Origin: Vicugna vicugna
Lineage: Eukaryota
DNA length: 64,000 bases
Direction: 5' to 3'
NCBI GenBank assembly: GCA_013265495.1
Contig: MU058883.1
Span: 614,596-678,595 of the forward strand
The first letter of the stretch is position 1, and each line of letters starts with the position of its first letter. Below are positions 45,601 through 57,600 of this stretch, in pieces. The notes beneath the pieces are model-generated. The model made no database searches. It had not been told where the DNA came from and saw only the letters and a list, made by a program, of their open reading frames with translations. A program made the translations under genes and the position numbers.

Positions 45601-48600
45601 CTCTGCTTTCCCCACTAAGTCGTGAAACAGGGACCTGACGGGTAAGCACAGGAGTCCTGGGTCTCCCACAGCAGAGGCACGAGAACAGGCCAAACCCCCA
45701 AACCCCAAAGGGGACAAGTGCAGAGGGATGCCCACGGCCAGAGGCTCAGGCGGCGACCTGAGCGGAGAGCAGACCCGAAGCCTGTGCCAAGGCTGAGCCA
45801 ACGGGGACTGGACTCACGAGGGCCACGCCGCCCCATCGCCAACCCCAGGAAGGTTCCCCTCAGCGAGGAGGCCGTCACCCCCATGTGACTGGTAACGGTG
45901 CTTCAAGTTTCCAGGACACCTGGCCAGGCAAGCATCACCCACGTGAGCCCCCCCACGCCAGCTCTGCAGAGGGGCAAGGCACCTTTCCACGCGGAGGCAA
46001 CTGCGGGGAGACCGCAGAGGATGACGGGGAGCCTGCCCAGCCGCACTCCCACGTTGGGGGTCTTTCTCAGCTTTAACAGCCCCCAAGCCTCCCCATTCTC
46101 CTTTCCCGTGAGGAAGCAGGTGCCAAAATGTCATGTTTACTAAGCGACGACTAATCCACGTGGAAGCCCAACCGTGCGCCTGTCATGCAGAGAGGAGAGC
46201 GCCACACCCCAACACTGCTTCTGAGAGAGGCCCCCAGTGCCCGGGACGCGGGCTGCTCCGCACGCCCCCGGCTCTTCCTCCAGCCCCTGACGTCTCAGCA
46301 GCCCCGGCGGCTCTGGAGGGTGACGACAGCTGAGAGCCACGCCCGGCACCCACCCGGTCCTCCTGCTCCGCCTGCAGCTCCTTCACGCGCTCCAGCAGCC
46401 CCGCCTTAGCCCGGTCCAAGTGTGCAGCAAGGCCTGTGATGGCGATGATGTCGGACTGCAGCTCTGGGGCCGGGACGTGTATGTTCACCTGCATGGAGAC
46501 AGGCGCCTGATGCACACGGTGTCACGTGGCACGGACAAGCGCAGGCTCAGGACAAGGTGGGTGGGCCGTGCAGCCCGCCCTGGTCCCGGGAGGGGCCTGT
46601 GGGACCCGTACCTCGAACTCATCCATCATCTTGCGGATCCCGCTGCCCTTCTGCCCGATGATGTACCGGTGCAGGTCAAAGGGCACCTCCACCTCAATGG
46701 TGACTGGCACCAGCGCCTGCAGGGAGAGGCTGGGCTTAGGTCTGGGAGTGGGCTTGGCGGCGGGCCTCCACGGAGCTTTGGGGAGAGCCCTGGAAGAACG
46801 TCAGCGTGATCTCCAGAGCCTTCCGCGCGGCTCCCCCCAGACCTCCGACTCGACAGGGAACACGGGAAAAGGACGTGGACCCAGCTTCCAGGTCGGTGCT
46901 GGCAAAGCAGACGTTCAGACCCCGAGCCTGTGGCCCCGGGTGCAGCAGGCCCCGCACAGAAGCAAAGCAGCCCAGCTCACGGGAAATGGCATCTGGGCCC
47001 TCGGAGGAGGAGAGCGGGAACCAGGGACGCAGGCCCGGCCCGGCCCACCTCCAGCCTCAGCCACGCCCATCACCCCTGCCACCTGCTCTCCCCACAGCTC
47101 CCTCCAGACGTGACCCTGACGGTCTCCCACTCGCCTCTCCATCCACTACGCTGGAGCGGCATTTGGGACAGAGCTGCAGACAGGCCCAGCTGTCCCCGCG
47201 TCACAGAGGAGCTGAGACCGCCGGCCCGGCACCGCCTGCAGTGCAAGCCCAGGGCCCAGGGCTAAAGGGACACAGCCCATATCGGCCCCCAGGAGGCTGG
47301 GGAGGGTCTGAGCACACCTCAAGGGCTTCCTTGGCGGCCTCGCACTTTTCCTTCCGGCCGGAGATGACGATGATGTCGCACCTCCTGGGAGAGCCGGGCT
47401 CCTCCTTGGTGTCCCTCCCGTCCCCGGCATCCTCGCCGTTCTCGTGGACCGCTGGCTCCGCGCTGTGCACTAGGGAGAGAGGGCTGCTCGATCTGAAGAC
47501 ACTGACACCCCACCCAGCTTCACCTGCCGTCAAGCGCCCACGAAACGCTGGGCGGTGGGGGTAGGGCAGTCAGGAGGTTGTGGTCTAGGCCCAGCGAGCT
47601 GACCAGACCCACCTCCGTGCCTTCAGAACGGAGTCAACTGCCTCCGGCCGGCGGGAAGAACAGAGAGAGCAGGGCCCGCGCGTCCAGACAGAGGGAGACG
47701 CGGGCCTGAGAATGACCTGGGAGGATGAGGGAGAGCTGGCAGCAGCGGGGGGCTCTGCCAGGAAGAGGCCGGCTCCCAGAGCCCCAGGACATGACACGGG
47801 ACGTGGAAACCGGCTGGTGGCCCACACGGGGGACGAGTGCCCCAAATAAACATAACGCTATTTGTGGAGCAAGACACAATCCAGGCGTCCACATGGTATC
47901 AACAAACGAGCGAACGTACAGACACACAGCTGCCTACAGAAGTCACGGTCCAGGACCGACTGGGGAGCGGGGGGCTCGGGAGGACGCTGCTAAGACCAGC
48001 AAGATCTGAATGTTGGCAGTGCGCTCGATGGCAGTGCTGCGTAACACTGGGCCTTCTGTCCCGATGAACGCGCCGTCATCCCAAGTGACAAAAGGGAGTG
48101 TCCTGATTCTCAGGCAGAAGCCGCTACAGGCCTAGGTCTGGAAGTTACGCTGGAGCGACTCAAGACATGGTGCGGGCAGGCGTGCGTGTAAAGGGGCGGG
48201 TGGGCGAGGAAGCAGAACTGGTGAACTGGGGTACCTTCACGCTATTCTGCATTTTTCTTAACATGAAATTATATCAAAATTAAAAAAATACTCAGATGTG
48301 AAACAAACATAACAGGTGTGATTTAACTACTTGTCCCCTCAAAACAGCCTGCGTCCTCAGGAAAACGAGCATTAGTGGCCATGACAAGCCACACAAAAGA
48401 CAGAGGAACGATCGCAGGGTCACCTCCCCGCCCGGTCCCTGGGGGCACAAGCACAACCCAGTGACAAGCAGGACCCCTGGAGCTGAAGGGCCCTCCTGGA
48501 AGGGCAACCAGCCACTCAGGCGGTGCCCTCACAGAGGACACGGCCGGGAAAAGAGGGTGCTGCTGTGGACGGAGCCGACACGGCCCATCACACGGCGGGC

Positions 48601-51600
48601 ACTCGGGGGCTGGGAGAAGCAGTGGGACTGCAAGTACCCAAGAAGGTGGCTGCTGGCGCCGTGCTCTGCCCAGCCTGTGACCAGCCTCTGAAAACTTCTA
48701 GAACACCTGAAAGGCACCTCATCACCCTGGAGCAACTGCCACCGCCTGCCTCTGAGAGACCTCTGGACACCCCAGGACAGTGGGCCGTGTCCAAGCAGCA
48801 CACCCGCACTGGGGCGTCACCAGGACCCTGACCGCCACCCGCCACACTTCTCCCCAGGTTGGGGCCATCCACGCCTCCCCTTCCCACTCGGCAGAGCTCA
48901 CCGCAGGGACCCACCTGGGTTCTCCTCTCTGTCTGGGAATTTAATCTGAACGTTATAGTCCCGAGTAATCTGCTGGATTTTGGAACCTTTGGGGCCCATG
49001 ATAGACCGGTGGAATTTCTGGGGAATGGCGCATTCTATGGTCACCTGGGCTTCCTGGGGCAGACACGGCGATAAGGGAAAAAAAAGGCAAAGGTTATCCG
49101 CTGAGAGTCAAGTCACATGCTCACCATCTTCATCTCAGCCTTCTACAGCCACGGCCCAGTGTGTCACAGCCCCTGCCCCTTCTGTGTGAATCCAGAGCTG
49201 GGGTACAGATGGCAGGCCCAAGGGGAGGCCTCCTTCTGAAACGCCTCCCAGCAAGACTGAGAAAGCACAGAACCCGTGGATGCTCGCTACCACCCAGAAC
49301 CTGCCCACAGCAACAGCAGTTTCTCTGCACACAAAGGAGGCCCTCCCTGCCACACAGCAGGTGGCCCGTCACGCGCCGCCCTTGAAGGGGCCGCATGAGC
49401 TGGGACGGGCGGGAGGGAAGTGGGCTCCTGGCAGGGACTCCCACCCCATGTGGAAGGCGGCCGCACAGGCTGAGGAGGAAGACAGAACCAAAGCCTCCAG
49501 AACCTGACCTGAGTCTATCTCGGGGCCACATGGGCCTGGCAGCCAGCCCACGGGGTGTGGAGGAAGCAGGCACACACCCACACTGCCCGCGTGGCCGTCA
49601 GGGCCGAGAGCCCGCCCAAGCTTCCCAGGCTCCTACCAGGTCCTCGATGATCTCCTGAATGCGTTTCTTGGCCGCCTCCACGCAGTCCTTGGCACCTTTG
49701 AGGGTGACTCTGTCGCTCTGCGTGCCGGAGCGTGGGAAGCTCACCATCACCCCACCATACTCCTCCGCGATCTCCCGCAGGACCTGGCCTCTCCGGATGA
49801 CAAAGTGGCGGTGGTGCTTGGGGTCCACCAGCATATAGTCTTCAACCACATTGTCCTGCAGTGTTCAGAAGGGGCGTGAATGAGCCCCGCCGGCCGGGAC
49901 TCCCAGGCCACCCGGGGACCCGCTCCCTGCCACCAGGCCTCACCAGGTTCTGGATCAGGGCCTCCAGCTCCCTCTGGGCCTCCCTTACAGCATCCTCCTT
50001 CCCTACGATGGTGATGAGGTCCTGGTCCTTGTCCTCGGCCGCTGGGAAGATGACGCGGGCACCGGTGCTGTCTCGCACCCTGCGGATCTTGCCACCCCCT
50101 TTGCCGATGAGGAATTTGTGGTACTCTGGCTTGGCGCGGATGTCAACGGTGAAACTCTTAGTTTGCTGCGGGAACCAACCCCACACACTTATTGGCCAGA
50201 CGCCACCTGCCTGGCCTCTGGGACTACGGTGTAGGGTGAGGTCTCCTTACACTGTCACCAACGTCCCCCAGACAGGGCTACTCAAACCTGACCAAGGCAC
50301 ACGACAGACACCCAGACAGTGCCCTCCCCACAACCAGAGGCACCGGGCAGATAACAGCCTGCGGACCTAGAGCCCCAGGCCTGCCGCTCCCCAGCGGTGA
50401 CCAGACCGCTGCAAGCCACTGTCCACCTGTAGAGTGGACGCCTGAGTGCGGCCTAGGGGGCACCGGACAGCAGGAAGCCCACGCCACACTGGCCCCTCGC
50501 CCCGGCTCAGGCTCTCCCCTAGAGCTTCGGGTGACCCCTCACCACCAGTGAGCCCAGAGACACCCAAGCCAACAAAGGCCCTCGCCTGATGTGCGGAGAC
50601 CAGGGCCCAGCAGAGACTCTGCACAGTGACCTCCCTGCCGACGCCTGCTCCTCTGGCAGACGGGCCTGAGAGTGTGGGACATGCCCCTCCAGGCTGACAC
50701 GACCCCACACAGGGCCTTGTCCTCCTCTTGTCCTGAAACCCAACTCCCCAAAGTGCGAAAAAACACACAGGGAAGGAAAATCTGCCAGCATGCCCAATAG
50801 TAAACGACTGAATTTTGTCATCTTTAAATGCTGGTTTCACAAAACACCACTGAGAGCCTTCAACCCTGCAGACAGACATCACAAACAGCAGAGTTACTAA
50901 AAAGCTAACAAGTCAGGCAAGCCCAACGCAGCAGCGCGATGAAGGCTACCACATCAGAGTCGCGCAGAGCTCACCCCAGAGATGCCAGGCTGGTTAGACA
51001 CCAAGTCAGCCTAATATTTACACCAAAGGAAGAAACCAGGTGATCATCTCAAAAGATCCAAGACCCATTCCTGACGAAGACTCGGCACACTCGGGACAGA
51101 GGGGCTCCCTCACCTTGACAAGGAGTGCCTGTGAGAGACCCACAGCTCGCGCCACGTGGTGGAGACTGAGGACTCCCCTGGAGGCCACCAGCAAGGCAAG
51201 GCTGGGCCCCCGCAATGCCAGACGCCACACAGGGGTGCAGACCAGAGAGAAAGAGACGCCGCCGTCCATTCACAGACGCTGTTCCACGTATAAAACTCCC
51301 AAGAATCCACCAAAAAAGCTACGGGAACCAAGACGTGACCTTCAGACCGGATGCGTAAATGAGGCCGACGCACAAGAACCGGATGTGCTCCTGCGTTCTG
51401 CAGCAGCTGGAAACGAAACGCATGAGGTGCTGCCAAGAGCACCACAAACAGACCCGGCATGTGGTGAACACAACGCCAGCACGCTCTCCAGGCTACGAGC
51501 TACAAACACCAGAGCAAAGTCCAAGACGCTGAGCCTGGGAAGACGTGCACGGAGGGCAGCACTGCTGGGGCGGCAGCCTCCCCAGTGTGAGCTTCAGAGT

Positions 51601-54600
51601 CCACACGACCTCAGCCAAAGTCCACACGCTGGTTCCAAAACGCACACAGGAAGGCCAGGAGCAGCCAGAGGGACCTCAGGAAGCATAAAGCCGAGGGGCC
51701 CCCCGCGGCGCCACTGCGACAGAGCGGAGCCCAGAGACGGACCGGCAGATGGTTTAAACAAGGGGGCAATGGTGACTGATTCGACGCAGAACCTTGGTGA
51801 GGGGAGGGAATAGTCGAAACATTTTTACTGTAGTGGTGGTCATGTGAATGCACGCCTGTCCAAACTCAGATTCATGATTCATAAATACATGAATCATACT
51901 TAACAGGCCAACAACCCCAAATAAAAGACCCAAGAGCAAACCTCCTGCTCTGCATATGGGGGCACCTGACCTGGAAAGGCCCTCCGGTGCTGGCAAGACC
52001 AGAGAAGAAAAGCTGCGCAGCCCCCCCCCCCCCAACCTGAGGTGCCCCGCAAAGAGGGCAGGTGGGAGCCCTCCCGGGGCGGGCTCACCTTCTCCTCCGC
52101 CAGGTGCAGGAGCTGTTTCCTGGCCTTCTCCACATCCGAGGAAGGGCCCCTGATGACCACTGTGTCGCTTCCCGAGCCTTCCACGGGGAAATGAATGTGG
52201 ACCCCGCCGCACTCCTCCATGATGGAGCGGATCAGGCGGCCCTTTGTGCCGATGAGGGAGTTGTGCAGCTTGGCAGGGATGGAGACCTCCACCTCGGCTA
52301 TGTTGGCCTGGAATCACACAACACGAGGGGGCGCGGTGTGTGTGTGCAGGAAAGGGCACACGTGGTGCAGGAGAGCCAGCTGTCCCACAGAGGACTCTCT
52401 CCAGTGCCGGCCGCAGAGACGGGTCTGAGATGCTCAGGACCAAGCCTCCCACGAGAGCCCCATGAGTAAGGACCTGGCTCCAGTCAAGGTGGAGCCACAG
52501 GGACTGGACTGGCCTCCCAGCCCAGAAGCTGCCTGGCCAAGTCCCCAGATCGGGGACATGACCTGGCTGTCCGGGAGAGCAGCCCCGAGCACTGGCGGCC
52601 ACACTGATGCGCAGGAAGCTGCTGGGCGGGGAGTGCACACGGCAAGGCTGGGAGGGAGCAGGCACTGCAGCTCCCAGCCCACTGCCTGAGTTTATGGGAT
52701 GTGGGATGCCGTGTCCGGGAGTCTGACCCCAGTGGCAGGAAATAACTGGCCCTGGATTAAGCACCTCTGTGTCCCACCTAACAGATCTTAAAAGCAAGTC
52801 CAAAAAGGAGCAAACTGTTTCAAAGTGACTTAATAAGGCTGATAGGTGTAGGAATACAAAAATATCCATCACCCACCAAAGTAAACTTCATTAACACCTG
52901 GCATCCAATAAAAACAAGCAAAGCAAAAAACCAGACATGCAACGAAATAGGAAAAACAACCCGTAATGAGGAATGAACAATGGAACACAACCCTGCAGCG
53001 ACAGCAGGACAAGGCCACTGAGACGGGGGTTTTCACTGTGCTACACACGCCAAATGGCCAGAGGATAGGCTGAACACCACGGGTTCAGACTGACCCTCTG
53101 GAGGTGAGAACACCTGGAGAGAGAAGCACACGAGGTGTGACCGCAGACAGATTAGACACCACAGACAATCAGCGAGTTTAGAGAAACCGAGGAAGGGGAC
53201 GCCCCGCTGCCCGGCACCAGGGAGCCCGAGCTTCTGAAACAGGACAGCCAACATGCCACGGAACAACGACCCAAGTATTTCCAGATCTGATGACAACTCT
53301 GAACTCATACATTCAAGAAGCGCAATGAACTCCAAACAAAGAAACACGAGTGAAGCTACCCTAAGACGTGCCGTGACCTGCCAGGAACGGGTGGCACAGG
53401 TGTAAACGAGCCAGAGGAAGGAGGACTAACTAGCCTGCGCAGGGGAACAAGGATGGCACCAGGGGTCTCATCAGAAACGTCAGACACGACACCGAAGCCA
53501 AATCTCCATTAGGAACGAGAAACCCATCAGCCTGCGGCTGGCGGGATGTGACATGGTGCAGCTACTTTGGAGACAAGACAGTCTGGCAGTTTCTTACAAA
53601 ACCAAACAGTACGTTTACTGGAAGATCCATCTTACTACTAAGTGAAAGAAGCCAACCTGAACAGGCTACGCACGTCACGTGTCGTGGTCCCATTCCAACT
53701 ATTTGACACTCTGGAAAAGGCAAACTATGGGGCCAGTGGAAAGATGCTAGTGGTTGTGGGCTGGGGGTGGGGGTGAGCAGACGGGCACACACAGTATTCA
53801 TGCAGGCAGCGTACAGTCGCTTTTCCCAGTTATTTAAACCTCCTTTAAAAACTGGGTATTTAAACAAAACGGCTAACGATGCACGTGGGATTCATGAGCT
53901 CTGAGAGTAAAGGTAATGCGACCAAGCACGGGGGCGGGGCTGGCGGGGGAAGCCCCCCCAGCTTCCCACACTCCACTTCAAGTAGCGGGAGACCCAGAGG
54001 TGGGCTGCGCTGCACTGGCTGGCGATGAACACGCTGAGTCATACCCAACACAGCATAGGGGACAAAAGGAACGTGCAACTGCTCAAAAGGCAGAAGAAAA
54101 CAAAGCAGGCGGGGCGACTGAAAACCAACAGCTAGCTGTGAGCTCTGAACCCACCACGGTGGAGCTGAACGGGCAGCAGTGCACTGCTGCACTGCAACAC
54201 TGCTGCACTGCTGCACTGCGGCGGCACAGGGGCTGGGAGGGGGTGGATGGGAGGGTCTGGGAAGACGTGGTGAGGCTGCACCAGGCGAGCGCCGCCCGCC
54301 TGCCCACCGACGGTTAGGGCCTCGACCTGGCTTGGTAACTTTTTTTTTTAAAATTTTTTATTTATAATCATTTTACAATGTTGTGTCAAAGACTTAGTAA
54401 CTTTTACTGCAACTTTTGAAAATGAAAAAATTATAATCACATCAAGTGTAATTATTGAGTGTATGTAACAAAACAAGGTACGTAACAGCATACAGACGTA
54501 TCACCACTAAGGCAGCTGGATGTAAACGTCTCTGTTTAACAGGCACAGTCTCAGACTGAATACAACAGCAAGCTGCCTGGAAGAAACTCACTTTCACATG

Positions 54601-57600
54601 AGAAAAAGTAGGTCTTTTAACAGGGGGTCGCTTTGCAGAGACGCAAGTTACACGTGCCACGAGTGAGAAACACGACATCCCCTCAGTGAAAAGGCAACAG
54701 GAGTGCTCTGGGAACTACAGTAATAAGCTCAACAAGAGGCAAGAGAAACCCCCGAAGGAACAGGGTCTCCTCTGATGAGGCCAGAGCAGCAGTGACGCCG
54801 CGACAGCACGGAGGAGCAACCGGAGGGCGGGCGAGGAGCGGACCCACACCGCGCTGCGCGGGGAGAGGGGCTGGCAGGGCCGGTGAGGCGGAGGGAGGTG
54901 CTGGAAGGGAACAAGATGGACACGTGCACTGTTGCCTGCAGTGGTGACTCAGTGACGTACACACATGCCGAAACTTAAACTGCACATTTACACACGTGCC
55001 GTTTCCTGCCTGTTAATTTCTTTTAAAACTGGAAACAGAAATTGAACGTGATGATTTCCAAGCACTCGAGTCAAACCAGAGCTGGGGTGCACTGGAAAGT
55101 ATTGGCAGGGACCGCGGCAGGAGCCTGCAGCGGGCCAGCTCTGCCGGGAGGAGCCGTGGGAAGCGACCCTGTGAGGCTGCTGGCCCACCCCCGGGACGCC
55201 AGGCGGCCCGTGAGCGCCGTCCCGCCGTATCCCGCTGCGTCCCGTTACCAGGTCTTTCTGGATGGACAGGATGCGGCTGCGGGCGGCCTCGCAGTTGGCT
55301 CGCTTGCCCGTGATGATGATGGTCTCTGAGTTGCTGTTTTCTGCTGGAAGGTCAATCTTGGTGTTGCTCTCTTCCCGAATCTACAAGGAGAGAGGGCACC
55401 ATGAGAAGTGAGAGCAGCACGGGGCTCCGGGGCCGCGTGGGAAGAGCCAAGACCCAGGATGCAGCCGGGGGCTCACCTTTTTAATGTTTGCACCTCCTTT
55501 CCCAATGATGTTCTTGTGAAACTGTTTGAAGATCGGAACCGAAATTGAATAGCTATTTTCCACCTTAAAAACAAGAGAGACAGCACCATGAGCTGTCACG
55601 CCAGACAGGGAAGCGTCCCTGTCCCTGAAGGCGGGGTGCAGGGACAGGGCTCCACGCTCGGGCAGCACAGGCACAATCCTGCTTCTCCCACAAGCAAGGA
55701 TGGGGAGGTAACCTATCCGACGACTAACTAACCTGCCACAGGCCACTGACGCCAAGCCCCTCCTGACAGGCGGCGTGCAACAGCCCCGCGCTCCCTCGGA
55801 CGCAGGCTCTACGCAGGAGCGGGCGAGTCAGGCCAGGTGCCCCCCCACCCTCCCCCCCCGCGGCAGGAGGGAGTCGGTGCCACACCCACTCTACGCAGGG
55901 CGAGTCAGGCCAGGTGCCCCCCCACCCCCCCCCCCCGCGGCAGGAGGGAGTCGGTGCCACACCCAGGGCCCGAGCTGGCCGCGGCCCCTAGCACTCGGGG
56001 AGGCCCACCCCGCCAGCACCCCGAGGCGGGCAGGGGCCAAGTCCGAGCCCCGTGAGAAGCCCAGCAGCTCCCAGACCCCTTTCGTCCCCGTGCCCAAGAC
56101 CCTCAAGCAGCGGGCGCAGACCTCGCCTCCCAGACACGAGTCTCTCCACCAGGGCTCTGACGGCACCTCGTGCGGACAAGGCCTCACAGTGTGGGGAGCG
56201 TCCTGAGAGGGCGGATGGGCCCAGCGCTCCAGGGAACCCCAGCCCCCACACCACCCAACGAAGGGTGGAGAAGCCCCCTCACCAGATCTGCCACCATCTT
56301 CTGCATGTACTTTGTGCATTTTTCCACCTCATTCTTGGGCCCCCTCAGTTGGACAATATCACTTTTCTGTGCTGGGTCTGGAAAATTGATGATAACCTAG
56401 AACAAGCCATCAGGAGACCAAGTTCAATCACTGGTCAGTACTGGATTCCAAAATACCGAACACCCCCAAGTGCCAATCAGACCACTCACAGGGACCAAAG
56501 GATGCCTTTGGGAAACCTTTACCTCTGGGAATTTGTCCCGAATTTCACGGATCCGCTCACCCTTCTGCCCAATGATTGTGCGATGAAATCTCTGCTCAAT
56601 GATTAAATCCTTGGTGCGTTCATTTTCCTAAAAACACAATTGCCAGTGAGGTGAGCGATCTCTCCTGACGCCAGGAGGCACAGGAGCCCTGGGACAGTGG
56701 CACAGCCCCGCCGCCGCAGCCAGCAGGGCACCCGTCACAGGGCGCCACTCCCTCCAGCGGCCACACTCCTGTCACGTGGGTGGACGTTCTCCTGAACAAA
56801 GAACTAGAAAATGGGGCATAGGGCCTTTGCCCAGAAGTGCTACCACAGCAGCCACGGTCACACCAAAGCAGCCCATTCAGCACTTCTGCTAACAAGAGAG
56901 CCTGTGAGGCTTAGCGCTTTGCAAAGCAGGGAGCAATCCCTCCTGAACACAGGGTGGCAGGGACCGCCGCCCCATGCGCAGGGTGAAGAAAGAGTGGTTC
57001 ATGTCAGCATAGGGCACGGAATCCACATGGTTCTCAACCTCCTCCAGAGGTCCTATCAAGATGTCAAGAGAAACACAAAAGAACAAGCAGAGCCAAAACC
57101 TAGAGAAGAACAGTTAATAGCCAACCAAACATTAAAAACATTCTGCAAGACTCTGGACCAGACTGGCATCAGGATGACAGAGACGAGCCTTCAGTGATCC
57201 GGCAGACACAAGACACTCCAGGGCAAGGAGCTACTGTACCTGACCCTGAGAACCGAGGAGAGTGTGCAAGACTCTGGCCTGGAGGGGGCAGGGCGCGCCC
57301 CACCCCAGGCCTGCAGATAACCACACAGCAGTCCCTCAACCTACACTGCACGTGAGAACCACTTGGGCGGCTCTGAGAGTCCAGAGAAGTCCCCACAGTT
57401 GGGACTGAGGCATCATGGACTCTGGGGTTTGGCCAAGGCTAAGAACCCTGCTGCAGGGTCACAGCACCCCCTTACATAGCACGTGACCTTGGGGTCCTGG
57501 GGAGGACGAAGGAAATGCAGCCCCTGCAAGTCACACCAACCCGATGCAGAGGAGACCTGGCGCCTCCCGCCCTCCAGGACGGCACACGCACAGGTGCGCT

